A model generated the notes under the pieces. It was not told the DNA's origin, did no database searches, and was given only the letters and a program-made list of their open reading frames with translations. DNA of 54,414 bases, the filler included, from Bipalium vagum (lineage: Eukaryota): the NCBI GenBank assembly GCA_037834085.1. It is 3 parts of 3 records of this genome, joined end to end, with 100 filler letters (N's around TTAATTAATTAA, not from the genome) between each part and the next. Parts side by side here need not be neighbours in the genome. Positions count along the whole stretch, not along the records: positions 16,486 to 36,409 come from JBBMKC010263967.1; positions 36,510 to 54,414 come from JBBMKC010046977.1; 1 more part is not named here. One strand, 5' to 3'. The translations under genes were made by a program, and so were the position numbers. Shown piece after piece: positions 35,901-48,395 of the stretch. Each line of letters begins with the position of its first letter. Position 1 is the stretch's first letter.

Positions 35901-36409
35901 TTAATATTTCGAGTAGTCTGTGATGCAATTCTTTAGGATTAAAATTTGTATTTTATAATGATGCGAGTTTCAGAAATATCCATTAAAAAATGATTAATTA
36001 CAATAATTGATTAATATTTATCAGCTTATAAAGATTACTTTAAGCAGGAGAAATATATGTAAATTAGTAACACAAAAAACTAAATGTTAAAATATTAAAT
36101 TAATGTCAAATAATCTTAAAGTTGAAAGTATTATTAGTTAAATCATCCTTGAAAATCTAATATGTTAAGGGATAACGATAAAGAATGAGTAAACACATAT
36201 ATTTACAACATTTATTATACTGTTGGGTTTACCCAAAACACCCACCCGTCCCCAATGAAAATTGTAAAAGAGTGTTTAAAATAATAATAATAATAATAAT
36301 AATAATTATGAAATTGGACCCAAAAGGACAAAAATAATAATAATCATAATAATAATACTAAGAATAATAATTAAATAATAATTTTAGCTAATTAAAAAGT
36401 ACAAAAGTT

Positions 36410-36509
36410 NNNNNNNNNNNNNNNNNNNNNNNNNNNNNNNNNNNNNNNNNNNNTTAATTAATTAANNNNNNNNNNNNNNNNNNNNNNNNNNNNNNNNNNN
36501 NNNNNNNNN
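36410..36509. other. artificial contig spacer (N44-TTAATTAATTAA-N44)
   Basis: Identical to the spacer at 16386-16485. Confidence 0.97.
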
Positions 36510-37499
36510 AAAAACACCAAATTACATACATATTACGTGCAATAGCTTAAATATTAAAAATGTAATAAATGTTAACCAATTTAAACTTTTTTATAAAAAT
36601 GTTTTATTTTATGTAAGCATCATTTTTTTCCAGCTGTGTATATTAAGGTATTGAAATAATATTATATAAAAATAATATATAATAATAATATAATATATAA
36701 TATGAAAAAATTAGGAATATTTCTATTTTCTCCCAAACTCTTTTGTCTTTTTGATACCGATAATCAGAAAATGGAACGTGCAGTCTTTTGATATTATCCA
36801 TCTGTTTATGTATTCAATTCCCATTGGTCAATAATTCATAATTAATATCAGCTGAACTTTTTAAGTTAATTACTTAAATATTCACTTTACAGAATTTTCT
36901 ATTTTCAAATTTATTACCAAATGAACTCTTAAGAAATTTTTCAGTAATATAAAAATATAAAAATAAATAATTTAAAATTTGTCCTGACAAATAATTTTAA
37001 TTTAGCAAATATTTTTTTCATAATTTTTTATAATTCTCTTTCCATTAAAAAGACACGCTTGTTTATTTTTTCAGTATAATGAAAAATATTTTTTTAAAAT
37101 AAATTATTTCAAAAAGAAATTTTGAATTTCAAAAAAAATTATTTTGCACGATAAATAAAATATAAATAAACTAATATATTAAATTTTCATCAAAACGTCT
37201 GTGAACGATCATTAAAAGTATATTTATTGGTTTTGGGGGATGAAAAAAATGTCTCCGACAGGAAATTCTTCAATGCTGTCCTCATTTTATTTATACTAAT
37301 TATGCAAAAATGATTAATCATAAATTTTCAAAAATAATATTTCAATTTTATTTTTTAATTAGATAATTTTGTTTTCATTTTAATAAACATCCAACCATAA
37401 CTGGTAGTAATAAAAATTGATAAGAAAATTCAACAAATTTCAATCTAAATACGAAAAAAATGAAAATAATGTTTAGGGAAAAATATTAAAATAATACCA

Positions 37500-37940
37500 T
37501 TTAAAATGATTTTGTATTTCATTTATTTATCTAATAATTTTATTTTGTTATCGATTACTATTAATTATATAGTTATACTTATAAAAAATATATTAATTAT
37601 TATTATTGTTAATTATATATTTATATTTTTAATTATAATTACTATTAATAAGATTATTAATATATATACATTTATATTTACAATATTAATTATTAATATT
37701 ATTAGTGTAATTTTATTAATTATATATTATTATTTTTAATTATATATTTATATTAAGACTTATAACATTTCTAATAATTATTAAATATTATTTATTTATA
37801 TTTATAATTATAATTACTATTAATAAGATAATAAATAATCATATATTTATATTTATAATATTAATTATTATATTATTGATTATTAGTTATATAATTAATT
37901 ATTTATTACATTATTAATTTATTATATTTTATAATATTTA
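37500..37940. repeat. almost pure A/T low-complexity tract with a degenerate ~175-bp internal repeat
   Basis: AATTACTATTAATAAGAT and TTTATATTTA(C/T)AATATTAATTATTA each occur twice. Confidence 0.7.
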
Positions 37941-38157
37941 TCAATCAAGAAATTGAAAAAAAATACTGAAATAAAAAATCACGCTTTTATTTGTAGAATT
38001 TCATATTAAATTTAAATAATATTTTCAAAAAAAACAGAAAAAATAATTTAAAAATATAATTTAATTTTTGTGCAGACAGAAAATATTTTTCTTATTTTCC
38101 ATTGTCTGATCAGGCTTGAAATAGTTTTTTTTATTAAAAAAATATCATTTTTTTAAG

Positions 38158-40200
38158 GAGAACTGATGTCAAGTCTCCAGTTCATGAATGCAATAATAAC
38201 AATTCTACATGTCCTGAACAACTTTCCTTGCAGAAATCCGACCCATAATTTTCGACTGTGGAAAAAGTTTGAGTTTGTTCTAAATTTCTGGAGAAAAAAT
38301 GGAAAAAAGCTACAAAACAGCCTTGCTTCACTTTAGCTTGCAACAGTATCACACATCGTTTCTTCTGCTCCGAAGAAATGAAGAATTCAAAGCAATAGTT
38401 TGAAAAATTATGTTCCAATCTATTTTTTTCCATTTCAACATACGGTCTCCCCAGCAAACCGTGATCCTATTAATCATTTCCGAGATTCTGGATAGAGATA
38501 CAGGTAAGGAACAGACCCGGGTTTTTCTTTTTTGCCGAGACTCCGACCGAACTTTGAAAGGGCCCTGGCAAATGTGATTTCGATGCAATTTTCGATATAT
38601 TATAATGAATAATTAATTTCTCGTAATCCATTAACGTTCCATTAAATATTTGGGTTGATTATAATAAATGGTGAATTTGTTTATTTTATAAATTGCCTGT
38701 TGTCCAAAAGCGGTGTAGCACATTTCTAGGTGGCTTTTTCAGTAATGATTTATGTCAAATGTTGTGATAGTAAAGCGCAAGGACGGATTATTGAACATTT
38801 TGCCTGCCTTGTTTTAACTGGGAAAGATGACATTCAATTTTTATCGAAATTATAAAATAGCTCAAGCATTTTTTTTCCTTAAAAATTTTCATTTAATTCT
38901 TTCCGTTTGAAAGTATATTGATGAATTTAAATTTTTTCTTAGTAAAATAATTATTTTGTTTAAAATAGACGAGAGAGGACCAATCAATTATTAATAATTA
39001 AAATTTAATAACTTGTCAGGAAGAATAATAATTATTGTTAAATTATTTCGTAATTTTTAACAATTTAACTGATATGAAGAATGTGTGCATGGTAATATTG
39101 TTATATATACTTAAGATAAAACTGTTAACTTTTGATTCAATGAAATACATTTATTAAAAATCAATATTTTTCAACATAACATCAATTACACTAATACAAT
39201 GTTTTATTCTACGATAAAAAGAAGTCAGAATTTTTACATATTCGTTGTGATATCTTAGCTGCCTTTTGCTGATTGCATCTGTCAGATCTGCTCTCCAAAT
39301 CCAACGTCCGTGATATCTGCTGTTCAGAAAATTTCTGAATTCAAAAATGTAATGACCAGAAGCTTCATCGTTTTGAAAAACTAATTTTGATTAGTTCATT
39401 TGTGCAAATAAGATTTTCAAAAAAGATGAATCATTGTGGATTTCATTGATTAAGGTTTCGATTCGTTCTTCAAATTTATATGATTTTTTAAAATTAAAAT
39501 TATTTATATAATAAAAATAAACATTTACCTATTTGAATATTCAATATTTTGAGCAGATTATGTTAATCCCATTGTGCTATAGTACCCAATACAAAGCTCT
39601 ATAATTCAGAAAAGGTATTTACACGTTTTGAGATAACTTTAAATCAATTGATTACACTGCCCAGGGACAATCTTTTCTGAGATGACAGAAATTTTATTAT
39701 GCGTCTCCAGACGCCAATCAGAAAAATGCATACTTTCAATAGTCTAGTAAGTCTGGTTTATGAGATAATGATTCTGTATTTATGATAATAAAATTATCTA
39801 TTATTTTTAAATTGTTTCTTTTTAGAATAATTAATAGTTCCCTGTTTGAAATCCTTGATTTAATGACTCCTAACCGAACCGGTTTTGTAAATATGACAAT
39901 AGAGCGAATTCTAAATGATAATAAACGTTTATCTCAATTCCCATTGATATTCCTTAACAAGCCAGTTAAACATTAGGAATCATTTTCTACAGCATATGAA
40001 GTCAATTTCCGAATAATATCATCATTCTGATCTGTAATATGAGATGAAAAGATGTTCAGATATAAACCATAGGGAAAACACCCATATGTATTCCGATTTC
40101 CCATAGATTTGTCTCTGGTGTAACATGTTTGGCTTTGATCAAAGTTTAAATTGGAGACAGGTCTATGTTTTTCATAATTAAATTAAAAATATACCAACTG
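38158..40200 (+). pseudogene. gene-like region with short GT-AG intron candidates; no fully stop-free model found
   Basis: Exon-like blocks (ELMSSLQFMNAIITILHVLNNFPC; QTVILLIISEILDRDT; VAFSVMIYVKCCDSKAQGRIIEHF; FICANKIFKKDESLWISLIK; TIFSEMTEILLCVSRRQSEKC; IINSSLFEILDLMTPNRTGF) separated by GT-AG segments, several of 46-60 nt. Confidence 0.3.
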
Positions 40201-40911
40201 AACCAGCTTTGCTGGTGGATTATTTTCCTCCAGTCTCAATTAGCATATTTTATTTTCGATCCAGGTGGAATTCATAAAAATACCACTTGCCATGGTTCAA
40301 TAATAACTTCTCTATTATGATCCTTATTTTATTGAAAGATTTTTTAAACTGATTGGCAGTTTTTCTTATATTTATGATGGTGTAGATCAGAAAATGTTAA
40401 TAAAAAATTAATTGTAACATAAAAGAGATAATATATCAATTATAATTTAATTAATATTTGATTTAGAAAAAAAATTTACTAATGAAAATTTTAAAATTTA
40501 ATAATAATGATAAATAATAGTAATAATTTTAATTAATAAAATTTAATAATAATTATTTAACAGATAGGAGAAATTATTAATAACATGTTTATTATTATTT
40601 TCAAATATTTAATATATTTAAATTTAAAATTAGTAAAATTCGACCAAATCAATTAATAAAATTGAATATTTATAAAATTTCCAACATTGTTCACTTATTG
40701 ATTGATATTGATCTTTTTCTAATTGACGATAACAAGACATAATATCTGTATTTTCTTTCACAGTATGGATCTCTTAAATAAATATTAATATTTTTTGTGT
40801 TTAGAATTAAATATAATAATATTTGTATAAAATTAAAAAACTATTAAATAATTAATTTATTTCCTTTTTCATCGACATTCAGATTATGAATATTTTAAGT
40901 TACAGTATATT

Positions 40912-41000
40912 ATTTTTATTTTTATTATTACTTTTATTACTTTTATTACTTTTATTACTTTTATTATTTTTATTATTTTTATCATTATTTTTATTATTAT
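40912..41000. repeat. 9-bp minisatellite (TTTTATTAC/T)n
   Basis: Direct reading. Confidence 0.85.
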
Positions 41001-41547
41001 TTTTTATAATTACATTTTTGTGTTAATATTATTATTATTAATTTATTATAGTTCTAAATAGATCAGAAAAATCATGGTTTTGCATAATACAGCTTACGGA
41101 ATGGAAAAGCTGATTGTAAAGTAATATTTCAATGCAGATTGAAAGAGAAAAGCCCATTTCAATGATCAAACGACAGAAGAATAATCTTCATAAAAATCAT
41201 GCAAATGAATCTTATTTACTCTGAACTTTCTCGGATTGACGTAGGCTTAATTTCCTAATTTTTAAATTTAACATAAATTACCCACGGCTAACATATGCGG
41301 GCAGTCTTTAATAAAGTCTAGGCATTTTCTGATATTTTTCCTGCTTTTCCCAAAGAATGAAAAAACTGGTGAGAAAGTCTTGCTCAGAAAGATTCACAAT
41401 AAATATTTTTAAAAGAATATGAAAAAACGTATTAAATATATTTTTCAGATTTTTCAACTTTTTAGAGAACAAAAGAGGGGAGAGAATTTTTGCTTCATTT
41501 TTAAATTATATTGAAATATTTATTGATTTAATTGATATTAGAATATA

Positions 41548-41593
<46 letters not shown>

Positions 41594-41849
41594 TTAATAT
41601 TTCAAAAATATTTATTGTATTTTTTTAGTGAAAAACGTCTTGTTATAATTTTATTCTTAAAGTTGTCTTTTCTTTCTCATCATCCTCAATCTACTGCTGA
41701 AACTTTGCATATCTGTTGCAAATTCTCAAATCCTGTCTTTCAATGACTTTCCTCTCTTCTTTTAATCGGTATGTAACCTGTCTATACATCTCTTTTCTCC
41801 AATGAAATCGGAGCTAATTTCATCCATTACGATGAATTTCCACTATAAG

Positions 41850-42540
41850 ACTAAAAAGTACTTGGACTCTACCAGAAATATTGAATATTCTGATTTTTTC
41901 GCTCTAGATTAAATTAATTCAAAATAATGTTCGAAGATTTATAATTTCGAAGTGCGATCCTTTATTTACTTCTCGGGGTATCTGACATCAGGAAATTATT
42001 AATTAGCTTCAAAAAGTATATAGTGAAGAAACCCCATCGCAGGCAATCATTTATAACTGGATCCGAGAATTTTCATCTAGTGAATCAATTGTTTTTGATG
42101 TAACCAAAAGTGGAAGACCTGTAGAAATTAATGAAAAAAATCCGAAAATATTGAAAGATATTGTGACAAATGAACGAGAAATTATTCAAGCGCAACTATC
42201 TGAAAGAAAAATTTATGCAAAAGAACCCACAGCTGTTTCTAGAACAAATGGAAATCCGAAAGTGATTTTTAGCGGTTAAGATGATTGGTAGACAAAATTG
42301 GCCTGTGAAAAGAATCTTCGTCTTCTGGATGCAGTCGAACCAAATTATCTATCGAATAAAATAACTACAAATGAGACAACATTGAATTTCTACTGTTCTT
42401 ATTCTAAACGAGATTCAATGGAATGGGTTTTCGAAAATGAGAAGCCATCCAAGGTCTTTCATGTCTGATTTTCGCATCGTAATGTGTCATGAATTTCTTT
42501 TTGGATAGATAAAATGGTTTCAGATAGTTCTTGATGGTTT
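41850..42540 (+). mobile_element. degenerate mariner 5' two-thirds
   Basis: LQKVYSEETPSQAIIYNWIREFSSS...FDVTKSGRPVEI; KITTNETTLNFY..YSKRDSMEW. Confidence 0.85.
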
Positions 42541-42599
42541 TAAATATTTATTAATGTTATCTTTTTTACTTTATTTAAAATCCGTGAGAAAACTATGGC

Positions 42600-42950
42600 T
42601 TTTAATCTCCACACTAAACAGAAGAACTAAAACCAATCGATGAAAGTGAAACAAACAGTCTTGTAAATGAGAGATATTGACAGAAAAAAATTAAAGAAAG
42701 AAGTACAAAATGATGATTGAAAATTACTGAAGGGGTAAAGGGAATTTAATTAAGATCCTTTCAGTAGTGATAGGCTAGTAAACAAAGTTGGAATTCTCGC
42801 TTTGCAGATTATCGTTTCTGTATTTGAATAAATGGTGTACGACGTTTAATAAAATAAGTCTATAATAATAATAAGTTTTAAATAAGTCTACCGATAAAAC
42901 TATAGAAGACTATTAAAGAGACATTGCTGCATTTTCAAGAACAAGAATAA
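42600..42950 (+). mobile_element. heavily deleted Gypsy pol remnant
   Basis: Frameshifted LKKEVQN..KLLKG...RLVNKVG...ADYR, resembling the RT N-terminus. Confidence 0.4.
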
Positions 42951-42972
42951 ATTTTATTTAACCAAAAAGATC

Positions 42973-44000
42973 TACAGACCTTTATAACCCCCATAAATTA
43001 TGTTTAAAGTTTGTGAATAACCTAGCACCGCTTTTTTCTGCTCTTTCTCTTGAAATTTTCAACCTAACATTCTTAAATTTACGAACAGAATCATAAATCT
43101 TGTTTAATCATTTGTAATCTTTCTTGCATAAAGCCCAGAATCTTTCAAAGGTCCGCTAATTAAGAACAACAGATCTATTTTTGTTCCTTTTAACATAACC
43201 GATTTCATATTGATTAATGTAATCACAAACAATTTGTGAATAATGTGACATAGTCATATCAGTTTCAGTTTGATAGTAAAATGTTCTAGGCGGATACCGA
43301 TGCATTTTTCAAGATAAATTGACTTATTTATAGTACCATTAAGGATATAAGGTTCAGATAATTGACCATCTTATGAGATTGTTTTCATTATCAAATAATT
43401 AGGATGGAACTTTGATTTTCGTTTTGTTTTAGCACCAATATTAAGTTCGTCTTCATCAACAAAATTGTAGTACTCTACCTGAAATTTGACTTGAATCAAC
43501 CGGAAGATGCTTCTCAACATCAATTACAAAAAATTTCCTGCCACCGGAAGGAATTGAGCTTTTGTAAAGTTTTCTAACAGATTTTTTGAACGTTTTTTCT
43601 CATCTTTCACATATTTAGGACCACAGATCTTCTTCTTAGTTATAATATTCAATCTTTTCTTTGCACCTGATTTTATGGACTTTGGAATTTTCAATTTACA
43701 CGATTTTAGACGTACATTTGTGACAGGATTGCGCTTATCATGGGTCTTAATCTTCTTTAATTGAATATCAATAAACATGCATGGTTTTGAACAATACTAT
43801 TTTAAGTAATTCACTATGCCAGTATCAGCATAAGGTTTTAAAACACTTTAGATTGTTCTTAAATTTAATTCTTCCTCCTTAAAGTGTTGAATTGTTATTT
43901 TCCGTCTTCATTTTTTAATTAAAAAATTCCACAATTCTAATTGCATCTTCTTCAGACGTTTTCGATTTCATATTGATAATTTTTAAAACTGACTGCAAAT
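42973..44000 (-). mobile_element. degenerate Tc1/mariner-superfamily transposon, DD37E-like
   Basis: TIQHFKEEELNLRTI; KRKSKF; GQLSEPYILNGTINKSIYLEKCI; RTFERFWALCKKDY (cf. LRPIE.FWA..K..VY). Confidence 0.72.
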
Positions 44001-45517
44001 TAACTAAGTACAGATAATTAAAATGATAAAGTAAAGCAAACAAAATAAAATAAACTTGCGGATTTTCCAGAAGAGTTAATTAGAAATCGCCAAATTAAAC
44101 CCCGTTTAGCCTTTAGATTTTTTCAAAATAAAAACTTAAAGAAAAAAATTAAAATTTCGAATGCCAAAGTTAATTATAATTATAATTTCAATTAATTATT
44201 TGAGGCCTCTTAAACAAAATATTATAATTAGCAAAACAATAAAATTCTTAAATTTAATATCTCCATTAATTAAAACAAAAGTAATTTTATTTTCTTAAAA
44301 AGGGAATAATTAGATTTTTTAAAAAATTTTATCCTCAGTTATTTAATAATTATATTATATAATATAATCATTTTATTTTTGAAAATACTCTCAACAATTA
44401 TCTGGTGATTTATTATTAATTAATTTATTATAAAAAATAATAATTATAATAAATATTATTAAATTACTAAATTATTATTTTATTAAAAATAAACCTCTAA
44501 ACAAATTTGCGATTTCCATAAATTGTCCGCAATCAGTTAAGTGAAAAGTTTCTGGGCATTTAATTTAACAAAATCGGGATATATATTGTGGTAAAATATG
44601 TATTAAAATTATACTGAAATTTAATGGAAAAAAAGAAGCAAATGTAAACGCATTTGGTTTTCTAATTAGCTAATAAAGCCCAATAAATTTCCCCTACTTG
44701 CTTGTTCATACATTCCCATGGTCATATTATGATGATTAATTTCATAATTAACTTAATAATGAATTATGAATATTAATTATTAATTATTAATTATTTGCCT
44801 CGAACGATAAATTAATAGTCGGTTCCGAGACAATTTCTTTAATCATACATTAATAAAAAAGCATCGAAATTAGAACCATATTTTTATGAAGCTCTCCATT
44901 TGTTATGTGGAAATGTTGTCAGTATTTATTTTCATATATCATTTGAAGAAAATGGATATTAAATCTCTCTGAAGATTGCAAATTAAACCGACCACTCTGC
45001 GATATGAGGAATATTTTTAATTTAATATTTTATTTTATTTTTTAAGAAAAGATAGAATGGTAGGAAGAGAAATAAATGTTGGTTGAGAAATGAATATGGA
45101 TTTGTTTTAATTAAGCAATAATAATTAAAAATTTTTTTCGTTAAAAAAATTATCAAAAAAAATTAATAAAAATCTAAAAATATTAATTATTTCTAATTAA
45201 TTTCTTTTTAATAATATATAAATTTTAATTTTGAAAATAATTTTAAAAGAAACAGTTTAATTTGATAAAAGATTTAGTTTAAATCCTTTTATTTATTGTT
45301 TTAGTATTCTCTTACAAGATTTTCTTTATTATTTTAACATTATAATTAATAAAAATAATATAAAGAATTAATTCGAATAAAAAATTATCAAAATAAAAAA
45401 TCAATATTGCTCCAACTAAAAGCATGTCATAATTTTGAATTTTAAAAATAAAATCAATGAAATTTTTACGAAATATCTTTCAATTAATGTTTATATTAAT
45501 TATGATAATCGACTTAC

Positions 45518-45850
45518 ATAGGTACCCCGGGAAATGGGAGCAGGCAAGAAGGAGGAATAATGACATGGTCGATAGTTGATCGGAAACCTTCTTCATGGTG
45601 GACTGTGTCAAATTGTCTTCCGAAGCAGTTTTCCAAAATATGACACAACGACCGTAAAAACCAATGAATGTCCAGATCGATTTCTATTAGCTGATCATAA
45701 TTCGTGCTTTCCATCATACAAAAATTAATGAAGCTGCAATTTGTTCTGACACTGATGGCTTAAGTCGTGGGTTCTGACTGAATAGCAAGTCGACATTCAA
45801 TACCGGGGCTTAAAATTGATTCTCGTTTACAAATGGAAAGACTGTTTTAT
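45518..45850 (-). CDS. probable internal exon(s) of an unidentified gene
   Basis: GC-elevated block with open minus-strand frames ending at a GTAAGT donor (45517). Reading frame ambiguous. Confidence 0.3.
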
Positions 45851-46139
45851 ATATTGAACAATACATGTTCTGGTATATTATACAAGTGGAAAATTGGGGG
45901 GGGGTGTTTCTAATAAAATGTCGAGTTTAGGAAATGAAAAATAATATATTTTAATTTTAAGCAAAATTTAATAATAATAATAATAATAATTTACGCGAAA
46001 TAATTTTTCTTTAATTTATAAATTTTAACTAAAATATTAATTAAACTTTGCAGCTTTACTTTTTCGTTCAAACTTTATTCATTTTACATAGAAAGTGATT
46101 TGAGACTTCTGGAATAAAATAAAATAATTTTAAATTTTT

Positions 46140-46640
46140 ATCCCCCAATTAAAAATTTTGTAGTTTTTCTGTATTCCTTTCACTTTCTTTTTCTTGGATG
46201 ATATTATCTTTCGTGTATTTTCTTCATGATCTTAAGTGGGGTTGGTTTCCATCATATTTTTCATCTGTCTGTCACTTGTTACTGTTCTCTTTATTCGCCT
46301 ACCGAATAAATAGTCTGATGTTATTCCAATTTCTTTTTCCACGTTCATTTATCCTGTATTTGATATCTGGTGTTGTGCAACTTCAGATTTTTCATCCGTT
46401 TTTATTCTTCTGCGAAATAGTCTTTCTCTGATCCCAGTAGTATCATGGTGATAAGGACCTTTTATCACACTAATAGAATCACATTAATAGAATTCTTGAA
46501 TTCAAAATTCCTACCGCTGGTCGCGTGAACTTACATTGTTGCTTCGAATCTTTGGATCCACTTTCATTTTCATTTATCTGTCATCTCAATATCTTGCTTT
46601 TTTATAGTCGTCACATATCGATTGTTAATACACTATCGAT
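46140..46640 (-). mobile_element. degraded Gypsy integrase C-terminus with PPT-like end
   Basis: DEKYDG...II...ERN..KL.NF* followed by TTGGGGGA. Confidence 0.4.
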
Positions 46641-47499
46641 ATGAGGATTGATTGATAAAAATGAATTTCATTTTATTTTTAATATGTTATTTTTGCTTCG
46701 AGTAAATTGATTTTGTTACAGAAATGAGTTCTATTGATCTCAGTTGACTTTATGATAGCGTACTACGATTAATATATGTGGTTTTATTTATATGTAGTAG
46801 TTTTGTATTTAAATGGTCGATAAAAAAGGAACATTAAAAAGTTATTAAGTAGTCAGATTAGCGAGTCGGTTAATAAAATAAAATAACAAATCAAACAAAG
46901 CCCTGAGAGACTTTGGTTACGTTAAACATATATAAAATGTTTACATTACAAATTCTATAGTATTGAGACACAGTTCTTAAGATTTAATTATTTAATAATA
47001 ACAAATAATACTGTAACATATTTGACAAATTCAATAAATCAATATAATGTGCCCTTATTATAAAACTTTAAAATTTGATAACATTTCAAAACTAAATAGA
47101 AGTTTTAGAGTTCTCTACAAATTTTTAGAATTTGATTAAACAGTACTTTAACTTTTGACACTTCATAAAAATCTAAAAATTCTAAAAGATCTAAAAGATG
47201 TTTAATATCTTTTCGTGCTTAATCTATTTGTTAGCAAAGTTATCGGTATTTCTACATTAACAAAACAGGGCCTTTTAAAAAATATTTGGATTTTGATTTT
47301 CGTTTTGATAAACTTTTGCACAAAGATGATAATGATTCTGTGTTCCCTTCTTTTATTAATTATCTTTTAATATTTTCTTCTAAAACTATTTATAAATTTT
47401 ATCTTATTTCAATTTAATTTTTTAGTTTTGATTTATTTGTTCCTTTCTTTCTTTACAATATGTTATTTAGCCTATACATATAAATTTCAAGACTCCAGG

Positions 47500-47987
47500 G
47501 ATATCCAAATGATAAAATGTTAGATTTAAAGGGTTTTTAAAATTTTAGTGGGATAATGCTTTACTAGTAGGATGATGTTATTTTCAAATGGATGTCTTAA
47601 CATTTATGCCGGCAATTAAACATTTAATCACCAAAGAACACCACCGATGAGGTATATTGATAACACTTTCATTTTCCACAAAATTCTTCAATCTGTGTTC
47701 ATAATTCAGAACGTGTACATGAGTCCTATATTTAATTCCTTTGGCGTTTTTGATTTCACTAATTGTTGGTTTTAAAAAATTTCCATTGCCTGAATAACAT
47801 CGAATTAAATCAATTTTCAAATCTACATTCATATTTAAATTTAAAATATTTTTCAGCATTGATTCATTTAAACAAAACATACTTTTATATCATCACTCAA
47901 AATATAAAGATTTAAATAAAATATATTTTCATTCAGAGTTGACAGTCAAGGAGTTTATTTCCTCGGTTTTCACACAACCGGTATATT
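47500..47987 (-). mobile_element. rosa/DD41D-type Tc1-mariner 5' fragment (DUF4817-like HTH)
   Basis: MNVDLKIDLIRCYSGNGN...KNAKGIK...LKNFVENESVINIPHR; terminus TATACCGGTTGTGTGAAA. Confidence 0.62.
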
Positions 47988-48395
47988 TTCATATTATAAA
48001 ATCTATAAAAGGTATTTATATAATTTAAAGGAAAAATCAATTGTGAAACCAAATCTGTGTTCACTATATTCAATTATATCAGATAATGATATTAATTTAA
48101 GATTAGCTATTCGGAAAAGTATTATTCTTTCCTATTTCTAAGGTTTTCAAACTCAATTTCAATAATATTTATAAATCCCCCACGACTGACTCTGAATTTT
48201 CTCAACCGATTGTCAAAATTTATCCTTTGGTAAAATATAATAAGAGCTGAACAATGTGTTATAGAACCTCGAATAAAAACTTTAAGAAAAGTTATAATTT
48301 ATTCTGAATGTAAAACTATTACAAAATGGTTGATATAATCAATTGATGTCAGTTTCTATGAAATATTTCTAATAGTAGGTAGACAAGTATAATGT

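Noticed and set aside
37506-37739. I/N/Y/F-rich ORFs (also 18635-18820, 26667-26861, 49069-49433)
   Set aside because: Low-complexity AT tracts; 49069-49433 lies in IF intron 7.
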